A stretch of 46,704 nucleotides of DNA from an uncultured Methanosarcinales archaeon (GTDB taxonomy: Archaea > Nanobdellota > Nanobdellia > Woesearchaeales > WJKV01), in NCBI GenBank assembly GCA_964576505.1, contig CAZNVD010000005.1, positions 1 to 46,704 of the forward strand. The letters run 5' to 3'. The notes beneath the pieces were generated by a model. It worked only from the letters and a program-made list of their open reading frames with translations. It did no database searches and was not told the DNA's origin. Made by a program: the position numbers and the translations under genes. Positions 25,875 through 35,001 of this stretch are shown here, piece after piece. How positions within the stretch are numbered: the stretch's first letter is position 1; each line of letters starts with the position of its first letter.

Positions 25875-26129
25875 ATGGCTGAAACAATTGATATGGGAAC
25901 AATCAGTGCTCGTGGACAAGTTGCGATTCCAGTGGAAATTCGCGAAAAAATGCATCTAAAAGAAGGAGAAAAAATACTTTTCGTATTAGACGGAGATTCA
26001 TTATTGATTAAGAAAGTGAGCTCTATGTCTTGGAAAGAAATAACAAAACCATTGCATGAAGCAAAAAAGAAGATTCGTGAAGAAGATGTTTCTGAACTCG
26101 TGCATCGTATTCGCAAGCAAAAGAAATGA
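25875..26129 (+). CDS. AbrB/SpoVT-type antitoxin
   Basis: Motif GQVAIPVEIREKMHLKEGEKILFV. The ATG at 25875 is preferred over the track's TTG at 25845. It overlaps the downstream PIN gene by 4 nt (ATGA). Confidence 0.8.
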   Translation: MAETIDMGTISARGQVAIPVEIREKMHLKEGEKILFVLDGDSLLIKKVSSMSWKEITKPLHEAKKKIREEDVSELVHRIRKQKK

Positions 26130-26545
26130 TCACAGTAGTTCTTGACACCAATGTATTAGTTTCAGCCACATTCTGGACTGGTGCATCATTTTGCATTCTC
26201 GAACTCATTGGACAGGGAAAAGTAAAGATCGTGATTTCCAAGACAATTCTAGAAGAATACAATGAGATAGTTAATAGTGATGAGATTATTCAAAAGCCAG
26301 CCTATCAACATCAACGTATTACCTCAGTTCATAAGGTTATTCAGCTTGCAACTCTGGTAGACCCAAAGGAAAAAATTAGATTCATAAAAGACGATCCAGA
26401 TGATGACAAGTTCCTCGAAGCAGCAGTTGAAGGAAAAGCAGACTACATTGTAACCCAAGACAAGAAGCACATTCTTCCTATTAAAGAATTTCAAGGAACT
26501 AAAATTGTCACACCAGAAGAATTCTTAAGCCTAATATCCCAATAA
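26126..26545 (+). CDS. PIN-domain toxin (PIN_3-like)
   Basis: N-terminus MITVVLDTNVLVSA, with later DPDDDKFLEAAVEGKADYIVTQDKKHIL. Confidence 0.8.
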   Translation: MITVVLDTNVLVSATFWTGASFCILELIGQGKVKIVISKTILEEYNEIVNSDEIIQKPAYQHQRITSVHKVIQLATLVDPKEKIRFIKDDPDDDKFLEAAVEGKADYIVTQDKKHILPIKEFQGTKIVTPEEFLSLISQ

Positions 26546-26594
26546 TAAACATTCAAAAAGAACAGCTCTCATTATCAGATTATGATCTAATGAT

Positions 26595-28493
26595 CTACTT
26601 CAATCTAATAGCTTCCAAATTCCTTGGTGCAAGAGTCTCAACTTTGTACATCTTATGCAATGTAGCTGCTAACTCAAGACAAGCCTTAGGCTCTCCGTGA
26701 TTAATCAAGACTTTTCTAGGTCTAGGATTTAACTTGCCAAAGAAATTAATAAGTTCATTATGTCCGGCGTGACCGGAAAATCCATCTAATTTTACAACAT
26801 CCATTGCAACCTTCAGAACTTCCTGTTTATCTCTGCTAATTGAGAAATTAAATTCACGTTCTCCAGTATGCAATCTCTGACCAATTGTTCCAGGCCCAAG
26901 ATAAGATGTAAATATGATTGTATGCTTCTTACCATTTGCAAGTTCTTTAAAGTATTGTAAAGACGGACCACCATTTAACATACCTGATGTAGCAAGAATC
27001 AAAGCAGGTCCTTCATCTTCAATAATCTTCTTTCGCTCTTTCTGTGATCCAACTTGTTTAAAGAAAGGTTCAAGGAAAGGATTAGTATCCTTCTGGAAAA
27101 TTCTTTTTCTCATGGCTACATTCATGAACTCAGGATATGTAGTATGAATCGCTGTAATATCCCACACCATTCCATCAATATATACTGGAATCTCAGGCAT
27201 TTTCTTATCTTTAATCAGTTTCTCGACTACAAGCATAACTTCCTGCGCACGACCAGTTCCAAGTACAGGCATTAAAACTTTACCGCCACGTTTCACAGTT
27301 TCAATAATATGATGGCTCAACTCTTCTTCAGATTTCAATCTGTCAGGAATTACTCTTTCCTTGCTTCCATAAGTACTTTCAATCATCAGAGTCTCAAGAC
27401 GAGGAAACTTAGTAACAGCTTTCTGCAATAAATGACTATCAAGGAATTTCATATCTGATGTGTACAACAAATTGTGTAATCCATTTCCAATGTGCAGGTG
27501 AACCATCGCTCCACCAAGAACGTGTCCTGAATTGTAAAATGTAATTCTTACATCAGGCGTAATATCAGTAACTTCTTCAAAGTCAAGAGTAATTGTATGC
27601 TTCACCATCTCCTTGATATCTTCAGCAGTATACAAAGGCTCTTTTCCTTCGCCTTTCATAATTTTAACAGTATCCAACTGCAATAAACTCATCGTATCCC
27701 TAGTAGGTTCAGTGCAATACACTGCACCCTTAAATCCATATTTGTACAATAAAGGAACAAGCGCGCAGTGGTCGATATGTGAGTGTGAAACAATAATAGC
27801 ATCTAATTCATTAATTCTGAATTCAGGACATTCAAAATACGGGAAAGCCGAACTGTCATCTCCGCTTACATCCATTCCACAATCAAGTAAAATTCTACTT
27901 TCAGGAGTTTGCAATAAAATACAACTTCTTCCACACTGACGTCCAGATCCTAAGTAAGTAACTCTAACCCATTGATCTTTCTTTCCTCTAGTCCAGCCAT
28001 CATAAATACGATGTCCGACTTTATCCAGAAACTTCCGTCTTTCATCTGAATTTACATAAAGAACATTTCTAATATCATTAATTAAATCACATTTAAGTGC
28101 TGGAGTTCGTCTGACAACAGGAACCCACAATGTCTTCTCTTTAATGTCCTGCAGAATTGCGCCTTGTTTTCCGATTGCAATTCCAGGTTTTTCTACTTCA
28201 AGTACAACGTGAGATCTCTGAGGATCAAAAATAATTTGTGATAACCCTGAATCTTCTGGAATCATACTCTTAATTATCACTTCAGCTTCATCAACTTTCA
28301 TTGTCACAGAAGGATCAGGCCGCAACTCAATTCTTTTTTTGAATTCATCAACAGCCTTCTTAATACTACCTTTGTTATCAAAGAAGAATTCTTTGTTCTT
28401 CGTATACAATACAATATTTGCTCCCTCAAAAACAGCATCGCTGATTTTATCCTGAGGAAGTATCTTTAAAATTTCTTTTATAATATCTGCCAT
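26595..28493 (-). CDS. aCPSF1: KH-domain / metallo-beta-lactamase / beta-CASP ribonuclease
   Basis: 632 aa. N-terminal KH-like region (GIAIGKQGAILQDIKEKT), the HxHxDH motif (SHSHIDHCA), and beta-CASP-type length and C-terminus (GFSGHAG). Confidence 0.9.
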   Translation of the reverse strand: MADIIKEILKILPQDKISDAVFEGANIVLYTKNKEFFFDNKGSIKKAVDEFKKRIELRPDPSVTMKVDEAEVIIKSMIPEDSGLSQIIFDPQRSHVVLEVEKPGIAIGKQGAILQDIKEKTLWVPVVRRTPALKCDLINDIRNVLYVNSDERRKFLDKVGHRIYDGWTRGKKDQWVRVTYLGSGRQCGRSCILLQTPESRILLDCGMDVSGDDSSAFPYFECPEFRINELDAIIVSHSHIDHCALVPLLYKYGFKGAVYCTEPTRDTMSLLQLDTVKIMKGEGKEPLYTAEDIKEMVKHTITLDFEEVTDITPDVRITFYNSGHVLGGAMVHLHIGNGLHNLLYTSDMKFLDSHLLQKAVTKFPRLETLMIESTYGSKERVIPDRLKSEEELSHHIIETVKRGGKVLMPVLGTGRAQEVMLVVEKLIKDKKMPEIPVYIDGMVWDITAIHTTYPEFMNVAMRKRIFQKDTNPFLEPFFKQVGSQKERKKIIEDEGPALILATSGMLNGGPSLQYFKELANGKKHTIIFTSYLGPGTIGQRLHTGEREFNFSISRDKQEVLKVAMDVVKLDGFSGHAGHNELINFFGKLNPRPRKVLINHGEPKACLELAATLHKMYKVETLAPRNLEAIRLK

Positions 28494-28661
28494 TTATTAT
28501 TCTCCAAAAGAAGAATTACTTGCTTTATTTTCACTTACTTTATTTTTATTTTTGTTATTACTAACTATTAATTTATTTTTTATTTTATACATTTAATTTA
28601 CACTTTTTTATTTTATTTTTTACAGGAATATTTTATAGATTGTTAGCACAAAATTCTTTTT

Positions 28662-29303
28662 TTACTTAGCAGCTTGAAGGCTGTAATTCACACGCTTCAA
28701 AACTTTGTCATGCACTCCATCTTCATCAATGGATAATATTTTCAAACCATTGCCTGATGCAGAGTCACGTGCCATTGCAGCAGTAATTCCGCGTTCAATC
28801 AAATTAACACCATCAGCAATACTCAAACCTGGTTTATACTGATCTTCAAGTATTCCAAGAGCGAAATCACTTCCTGATCCTGAAACAACGTAATCATGAG
28901 TTTCATTAACACTTCCGTCAGGATAGATGTCATAAAGATGCAATCCTGTTGAATCATGTCCTCCCATGAGGAAATGAGTAACTCCCATTATTGGTGAAAA
29001 GTTGCGAATGTTATTGAAAACCATATTTCCAAGCAAATTAGCAGCTTCTTTAACTGTAATTTGTCTTTTTGTTCTTATTTCAATGAGTGAGATTTCAGCA
29101 GAAACCAGTTTATTAAGCAATTGAAGGTCACTTACACTTCCTGCCCACGTAATAGCGATATGTGAACTGATTTTATGCACTTTTAAAGCGTCTTTCTGAA
29201 CAATAGCACGACCTGCCGTTGCCCTCATATCAGCACCAAGCACCACGCCGTCCTTACAGAGAATGCCTAAAGTTGTTGTTCCAGTATGCCTCTGATTATC
29301 CAT
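28662..29303 (-). CDS. psmB: Proteasome beta subunit
   Basis: Short propeptide, then the catalytic Thr context HTG/TTTLGILCKDGVVLGADMRAT. The 213-aa length is typical. Confidence 0.9.
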   Translation of the reverse strand: MDNQRHTGTTTLGILCKDGVVLGADMRATAGRAIVQKDALKVHKISSHIAITWAGSVSDLQLLNKLVSAEISLIEIRTKRQITVKEAANLLGNMVFNNIRNFSPIMGVTHFLMGGHDSTGLHLYDIYPDGSVNETHDYVVSGSGSDFALGILEDQYKPGLSIADGVNLIERGITAAMARDSASGNGLKILSIDEDGVHDKVLKRVNYSLQAAK

Positions 29304-29394
29304 TGTTTATCTTCTCAGAAATCTAATTGGAAATGTGCTGAACTAATATATAAAGATTTCGGTTGAGTAGAAGCGAGGATTCATTTATGAGGCT

Positions 29395-30075
29395 TTAGCC
29401 CAGATAGCGCATTGTTTCATCTTGTATCCTGATTTCACCTAGTCTAGTCCTCTCTCTTTCAAAAAAATGAGTAATTCCAGCTGAATCCCCTCCCATTGCC
29501 AACACCTGACGAATTATATACGAACGGTATGATTCTTCATCACAAAGTCGATAATCAAGGCTAGAATTCAGCAGATCCAAAACCTGAAGCTGGTGATAAG
29601 TTTTATGGGTGTACAATCCCTTAAGGCACTCAGGACTTCCCCCTTTAGCAACATATGAGCCATACTTAAAGGCAATCTGCTGCAATGCATCAAGATCATA
29701 TGAAGGATGAGCTACTAATAGATAGGCCAAATGATTGAATACTTTATCATTATGCCCTTTAACCCCTCTCATTTCATGCAGAACCCTTACATATACTCCT
29801 TCTCTGCCTCCAATTTTTCCAATGCCTTGCCCTGGATCACTTCCCGCCCACGTTTTAATCAAATTAGGGTTCTCAAAATTTTCAACCGCACTACTATCAT
29901 CAAGTATGCATTCTCTCCATTTACTCTTCCTTCTGCCGCAGTACGAATCATACACTTTCTGAGTAAATTGATCCAGAGGTAAAGAATATTGAGAAAAATC
30001 CTGAACATAATCCCGTGTATTTAATACACCCCCAACTAAAAAGTTCAGGTTCAAGTCTGATTTTATCATCAACAA
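29395..30075 (-). CDS. Hypothetical protein (226 aa), possibly the C-terminal part of the same gene
   Basis: ORF track. It overlaps the upstream ORF by 128 nt, and there is no internal Met for the first ~100 codons. Confidence 0.55.
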   Translation of the reverse strand: MLMIKSDLNLNFLVGGVLNTRDYVQDFSQYSLPLDQFTQKVYDSYCGRRKSKWRECILDDSSAVENFENPNLIKTWAGSDPGQGIGKIGGREGVYVRVLHEMRGVKGHNDKVFNHLAYLLVAHPSYDLDALQQIAFKYGSYVAKGGSPECLKGLYTHKTYHQLQVLDLLNSSLDYRLCDEESYRSYIIRQVLAMGGDSAGITHFFERERTRLGEIRIQDETMRYLG

Positions 30076-30922
30076 GTTCTGCCATCAATTTAATCAGAGG
30101 ATTTGCAAAAATCTTTTCCGGACTTTTTCGGGTCATGCTCAAGTAATTACAAATTTTATCATCAAGCACCTGAATGAGAGAAGCGCAAGCAGTATCATTG
30201 CTTACCAGATCAAAGCCTTCCAATGAACAATCAGAATTCGAGAAATAACAATTCACCATCAGACTTTTAGAATTAGCCATTTCCCTGAATGTCTCAAGCG
30301 ATCTGCGAAACATTCTGTCAAGATACAATAAAGTTTCACCTGGAATACTTCTAAGGTAAGGCCGAAAAGTCTCACCAGTCTCAGAAGTAAAATCCATTAC
30401 ACCATTAATGTAACCCATAATCCCGCCAGTTGCAGGACTCATAGCAGCATCAAGCACAGTCGGAATCTTAGTCAGCAAAGTATAGGCATTTGGTTTCAAT
30501 CTAGCAGGCGTTTGCGAAACAAATTGTTCTATTTTTTCAACAATCAAGGATCCTAGAATTCCTTCCAGACAATCAACAGAAAGTAATTCCTTTTCTCCAT
30601 TTGCCAGATAATCCATATAAAATTGGCCTGCCAATCTGGACCACCCAGTAATTTCCTGAAGTATCAAATCTAGAGTTGTATCAAATTCAGAGGAACTAAT
30701 AGCATCACCCTTCATTGCTTTTGCGTCTAAGAAACATCTATCAAAATCTGGCAATATTTTCACAAGCCTTTCTTTAAGATCAGCACAAGAGTCAAACATA
30801 TGAGCTTTAACATAAGAAGTCATGGATTCCAATCCAGCCAATACTATCTTCTCCCTGACTTCGGGCAAAAGATGTGAGAATTCCCGTGTCGCAAGAAACG
30901 AATTTTGAACCATGCTTTGCAT
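29948..30922 (-). CDS. Hypothetical protein (324 aa), possibly the N-terminal part of a frameshifted longer gene
   Basis: ORF track. Its last ~40 codons overlap the next ORF and turn low-complexity and hydrophobic after a G5 run near 30025-30029. Confidence 0.6.
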   Translation of the reverse strand: MQSMVQNSFLATREFSHLLPEVREKIVLAGLESMTSYVKAHMFDSCADLKERLVKILPDFDRCFLDAKAMKGDAISSSEFDTTLDLILQEITGWSRLAGQFYMDYLANGEKELLSVDCLEGILGSLIVEKIEQFVSQTPARLKPNAYTLLTKIPTVLDAAMSPATGGIMGYINGVMDFTSETGETFRPYLRSIPGETLLYLDRMFRRSLETFREMANSKSLMVNCYFSNSDCSLEGFDLVSNDTACASLIQVLDDKICNYLSMTRKSPEKIFANPLIKLMAELVDDKIRLEPELFSWGCIKYTGLCSGFFSIFFTSGSIYSESV

Positions 30923-31057
30923 TTCAAAGGCCTATTTATAAACTTATCAGCCATGACTACTAAAAAGTAAGAAACAAGAAAAAAGAAAAATATTTTCTAA
31001 CAGAAGATTCATCAAACCACCTAAAAATTAATAAACTACTCAAAAAAAGATTGAGCC

Positions 31058-31492
31058 ATGATAGTAACTGCAAACTCAAAGACCTTGCGACACTTATTCC
31101 GGGATAAGTTACTTGAAGCTGCAGCATCAGTAAGAGTCTGGCTGCCAGACACAGTAGTTAGTCACTTATCATACATGTTTGCAAATTATATTACAGTAGA
31201 CAGAGAGATAGAAAGTATAAGAGAGCTCCAAACTAAACAACCATCAGATAAATTAGAACTCCACGACATATTTTTGCTCACCGCAGATTTAGGAGTTTAC
31301 AAAGGTATGTTTCTCAAAGAAGAAGGCTGGTGCTCCCCTGTATATTTCTCAGCATACCACACATGCTACGGCGATGCATATGATCTAGCTCATAAACTTA
31401 ATCTGAACACAGCCAATACATGCAGAGCTCTCGCAGAAGAATTCAACAATATAGAAACAGTGATGAAAAATTACAAATCAAAATGCCTGTAA
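31058..31492 (+). CDS. Hypothetical protein (144 aa)
   Basis: ORF track with protein-like composition and no recognised motif. Confidence 0.55.
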   Translation: MIVTANSKTLRHLFRDKLLEAAASVRVWLPDTVVSHLSYMFANYITVDREIESIRELQTKQPSDKLELHDIFLLTADLGVYKGMFLKEEGWCSPVYFSAYHTCYGDAYDLAHKLNLNTANTCRALAEEFNNIETVMKNYKSKCL

Positions 31493-32197
31493 TTAAGACT
31501 TATACAACCCGCACTCTGCATGATTTCCTTTAAGCATTCCACAAATCTGTTTCTCCAGATCAGTTCTAGAAACATAACCACTTGTACGAAAATTATTGAC
31601 TACAACAGACGGAGTTTGTGTTATATTAAATTCAGTCTTCAACAATTCAACCATTGGTTCATTTGTATCTGAAACACTAAATGAAAATATCAATACATTC
31701 TGTCCAAATTTCTTTTTCAAATATGTCAACACAAAACTCTGACCATCACATTCAGGACATGCCTTTTGTGTATCATGGAAATATAGAATAGGAACCATAT
31801 CAACAGCACAAACTTCCTTAATTTGATCCGCAAGTAGCCAGTATTTAATCTCAGTCAATAAGAATTCCCGCTTCAAGATATCAAACTGACCAGAATTAAT
31901 TCTCTCATTAGTAGAATAAGCCTCAAGTCTCACAGTAGTGTCATCAAGATCTTTCAAACTTTGATGATAAGCATCAAACACAAACCCGCAACTGGAATTG
32001 CTGATATGAGATTGAATAAAATCATACTGAATTTGAGAACTCTGAAAATGAACAGCCTCTTGCCGATACACAGTCTCAAGCAAATCCACCCTTTTATTCT
32101 CTACAACCATTCCAAGAAAAATTCCCATGCAGAAGATAACAAGAGTAATAATCCCGGCAACCACATATTTATCTTTAGAAATATGTCGCTTCACCAT
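31493..32197 (-). CDS. Membrane-anchored protein with a CPEC (CxxC) motif; possible thioredoxin-fold protein
   Basis: N-terminal TM helix (VVAGIITLVIFCMGIFLGMVV). CPECDG is followed by a beta-alpha-like stretch. It overlaps the GT2 gene by 7 nt. Confidence 0.6.
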   Translation of the reverse strand: MVKRHISKDKYVVAGIITLVIFCMGIFLGMVVENKRVDLLETVYRQEAVHFQSSQIQYDFIQSHISNSSCGFVFDAYHQSLKDLDDTTVRLEAYSTNERINSGQFDILKREFLLTEIKYWLLADQIKEVCAVDMVPILYFHDTQKACPECDGQSFVLTYLKKKFGQNVLIFSFSVSDTNEPMVELLKTEFNITQTPSVVVNNFRTSGYVSRTDLEKQICGMLKGNHAECGLYKS

Positions 32198-33453
32198 TCC
32201 TGTACAACTCCCCGCAACAAATCAACACTAACCCCAATCCAAACAATTCCAAGGAAAAGGAAGTATAAAAACATAAATACAAAAACATTTTTGTATCCAT
32301 GCGCAAATGTGCTTCCTTTAGTTGCTTCAGCCGCTTTCCACATAAACAATACAGAAAGTGCAAGCATAAACAATGAAGTGGCAATAGTTGCAAAATTAAT
32401 ATCTAAAACATGGAAACTGAATCCAAAATGTTTCAAAAAAGTAAGTACATCAAATCCAACATAACTTAAGTCAACAACATACTCAACATGCGGTTTAAAA
32501 AAGTAAAATGCAGACAAGCTAAACATTATGACAGATAAAACCCCAGAAATAAATACCATTGGTAGTTGAATCATCCCAAAGTCACCATACTCTTTGTTAA
32601 ACAAAAGCCTTCTATAATCCCAAGTAGTATGCATAGTTCCCTTAAACCATCTATTTCTTTGCTTGTACCATTCTTTAAGCGTGGCAGGAACCATTGTATA
32701 TACATAAGTATCAAGCAACTGTTTAATCACATGATGATGCGCTTGCATACGATAAGTAATTTCCAGATCTTCAGTCAAAGCTTTCTCATGAAAACCACCT
32801 ATGTCTTTCAGCACCTGAGTTTTATACACTGAAAATGGACCTGGAGCTACATGAACACAATTTATATTGCTCATCAGCCATTTGTAATACATGTTAATAG
32901 TATATTCACAATATTGAACTTTCTGCAGCCAGGTTTTAGGCTGGTACACCTTCATACATGGTAACACTGCCCCAAGATTCTCATCTTCATCAAAATGAGG
33001 CAAAATCTTCAGTAAAGCATCCTCATCAACAAAACTGTCAACATCCAGACACACAAAGAATTCACCACGTGCACGGGCAATGCCTTCATTAAGAGCCACA
33101 CCTTTACCACGTTTAGTGAGTTTGACAAATTGTAAGTCAAATCCAGAATGTTTCTTAACCAGCTCTTGAGCTACCTCAGCAGTTCTATCAGTACTTCCAT
33201 TATCAATAATTAAGACTTCATATTTGTTACGCGGGTACCTAAGTGTGAGCGCAGATTCCACTGTAGCCGCCAGATATTTCTCTTCATTGAGGCATGGCAC
33301 AACAACAGTTACAAAAGGGTATTTTCTTAGTTTTTTACTCACAGGCGCAGAAGAATCTCTGTCCAGAAAAACTAAAAACCAGAATATAACAAAGTATAGT
33401 GATACTAGATAAACAGACCAAAGTATAACACGCAAAAACAAATCTGTTTCCAT
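32191..33453 (-). CDS. Processive family-2 glycosyltransferase (cellulose/chitin/NodC-like synthase)
   Basis: N-terminal TM helix, a GT-A core (VVVPCLNEE, IIDNGSTD, LDVDS), the processive-synthase signature QRNRW and C-terminal TM helices. Confidence 0.8.
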   Translation of the reverse strand: METDLFLRVILWSVYLVSLYFVIFWFLVFLDRDSSAPVSKKLRKYPFVTVVVPCLNEEKYLAATVESALTLRYPRNKYEVLIIDNGSTDRTAEVAQELVKKHSGFDLQFVKLTKRGKGVALNEGIARARGEFFVCLDVDSFVDEDALLKILPHFDEDENLGAVLPCMKVYQPKTWLQKVQYCEYTINMYYKWLMSNINCVHVAPGPFSVYKTQVLKDIGGFHEKALTEDLEITYRMQAHHHVIKQLLDTYVYTMVPATLKEWYKQRNRWFKGTMHTTWDYRRLLFNKEYGDFGMIQLPMVFISGVLSVIMFSLSAFYFFKPHVEYVVDLSYVGFDVLTFLKHFGFSFHVLDINFATIATSLFMLALSVLFMWKAAEATKGSTFAHGYKNVFVFMFLYFLFLGIVWIGVSVDLLRGVVQEW

Positions 33454-33504
33454 TTTGCCTTTTACATATAAACGCTTTATAAAAGTTACGTCAATTTACA
33501 CGAT

Positions 33505-34986
33505 TTATACAATTCTGACAACCCCATCAATAGCAAATCTCTTTGCATACTCCAGCTTTCTTTCAGAAAAGGCATACACAGTATAAAGAAGCTCATTCTT
33601 CTTAACAACATCGCCAATATGTTTGTATAGGTAAATCCCTGAACTCTTATCAAGTGGAGCTCCAACTGCATGACAAATACGCACAACACCTTCATTAGAA
33701 ACTGAAGTAACCTTACCTGATTTTGAAGCTTTTACATGGAATTGATACGGCCCGACCGCAATTTGCTCAGCTGAAAGCACAGCAGATCCCTGACTTCTGC
33801 AAATATCTTGAAACTTTTTCCAAGCCAAACCTGAAGTCAGCAACTCTTCTGCCTTCTCATGAGGATTTTTGAATTTACCGCTCATCCCAAGTAATACTCC
33901 GGCCATCATCACAGATTTCTTCCTCAAATCAGCAGGCCCTCTCGGATCATTCTGCAAAACCCACAAAACGTCACGTGCCTCAAGAGCAGGACCCATTCCA
34001 TGTCCAATTGGCTGCGAACCATCAGTAAGCAAAACTTCAACCCGGGCACCAAATGCCTTTCCAAGTTTAATGAGGTTCTTCTTCAATTTGGTTCCTCTTT
34101 GAGAAGTCAATTTTCCATCACGTGAAACACAGAGATCAATCAAAATTCTATTACTAGACACAGATAATTTCTTAGCCATGATGCTTGCAATCATCTGACC
34201 TTCAGAATCAATTGACAGAGGCCTTTCAATTTGAATCAGCACATCATCCGCCGGCGCAAGATTCAAATTTCCACCCCAGGCAATGCATCCCCCTTCTTTC
34301 TTTACAACCCGCTTGATATCGTCAATAGACAAACCTACCTTACATATTACTTCCATTGTATCTGCAGTTCCCGCAGGTGAAGTAATGCTTCGTGAAGAAG
34401 TTTTTGGAATAGTTAACCCGGCAGCTGCAACAATTGCCACAATAATTGGAGTTGTCCGGTTTCCCGCAACACCTCCTGAACAATGCTTATCATAAACTTC
34501 GGATGCCATCCGGGGAAGCTTGTCTCCAGTTCTAATCATCGCATCAGTAAGCGCTTTTACTTCATCAAATGAAAGATCATGAACAAAGCAAGCAGAAACA
34601 AAATAAGTCATCTCTATCGCTGTCAATCTCCTTGCAGCAATATCACTAACTATAGAAAACATATCAGCTTTAGTTAGTTTTTTACCCAACAGTTTTTTCT
34701 TAATTGCAGCAATTGATTCAGGTTTATCCTCAATTCTTGCATCCACAACATCAACATCATCTGTACCGATTTTATCAGAAACATCCTTAAAAAGCCCAAG
34801 AAAACCAGGCCTTACAACTTCATTAGATCTGGTAACATCAATAATTGCAGTAACTTGAGCTTTCTTCTTTCTAATTGCTATTCTATCTCCAGGCCAAAGA
34901 TCAAGTCTTTTCGCATCTTCAAAGTGTACAAGAGCAACAAACACATCACCTGTTCTTATTGAAACATTCTTAGTTCTGAATTTCAT
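33505..34986 (-). CDS. deoA: AMP phosphorylase (archaeal long thymidine-phosphorylase family)
   Basis: About 493 aa with an extra N-terminal domain (MKFRTKNVSIRTGDVFVALVHFEDAKRL..), CSGGVAGNRTTP and TSSRSITSPAGTADT motifs. The ATG at 34986 is preferred over the track's TTG at 34995. Confidence 0.8.
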   Translation of the reverse strand: MKFRTKNVSIRTGDVFVALVHFEDAKRLDLWPGDRIAIRKKKAQVTAIIDVTRSNEVVRPGFLGLFKDVSDKIGTDDVDVVDARIEDKPESIAAIKKKLLGKKLTKADMFSIVSDIAARRLTAIEMTYFVSACFVHDLSFDEVKALTDAMIRTGDKLPRMASEVYDKHCSGGVAGNRTTPIIVAIVAAAGLTIPKTSSRSITSPAGTADTMEVICKVGLSIDDIKRVVKKEGGCIAWGGNLNLAPADDVLIQIERPLSIDSEGQMIASIMAKKLSVSSNRILIDLCVSRDGKLTSQRGTKLKKNLIKLGKAFGARVEVLLTDGSQPIGHGMGPALEARDVLWVLQNDPRGPADLRKKSVMMAGVLLGMSGKFKNPHEKAEELLTSGLAWKKFQDICRSQGSAVLSAEQIAVGPYQFHVKASKSGKVTSVSNEGVVRICHAVGAPLDKSSGIYLYKHIGDVVKKNELLYTVYAFSERKLEYAKRFAIDGVVRIV

Positions 34987-35001
34987 AGTATGCAAAAAAA
35001 A

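Noticed and set aside
26914-27939. Plus-strand ORFs inside aCPSF1 (26914-27147, 27054-27275, 27613-27939), and analogous ones inside gyrB, the GT2 gene, the 849-aa gene and the lipoprotein genes
   Set aside because: They are antisense shadows of well-supported genes.
28494-28661. Very AT-rich 168-bp spacer with ttatttt-type reiterations between psmB and aCPSF1
   Set aside because: It looks like ordinary AT-rich intergenic, promoter or leader sequence. It has no defined repeat unit or structure.
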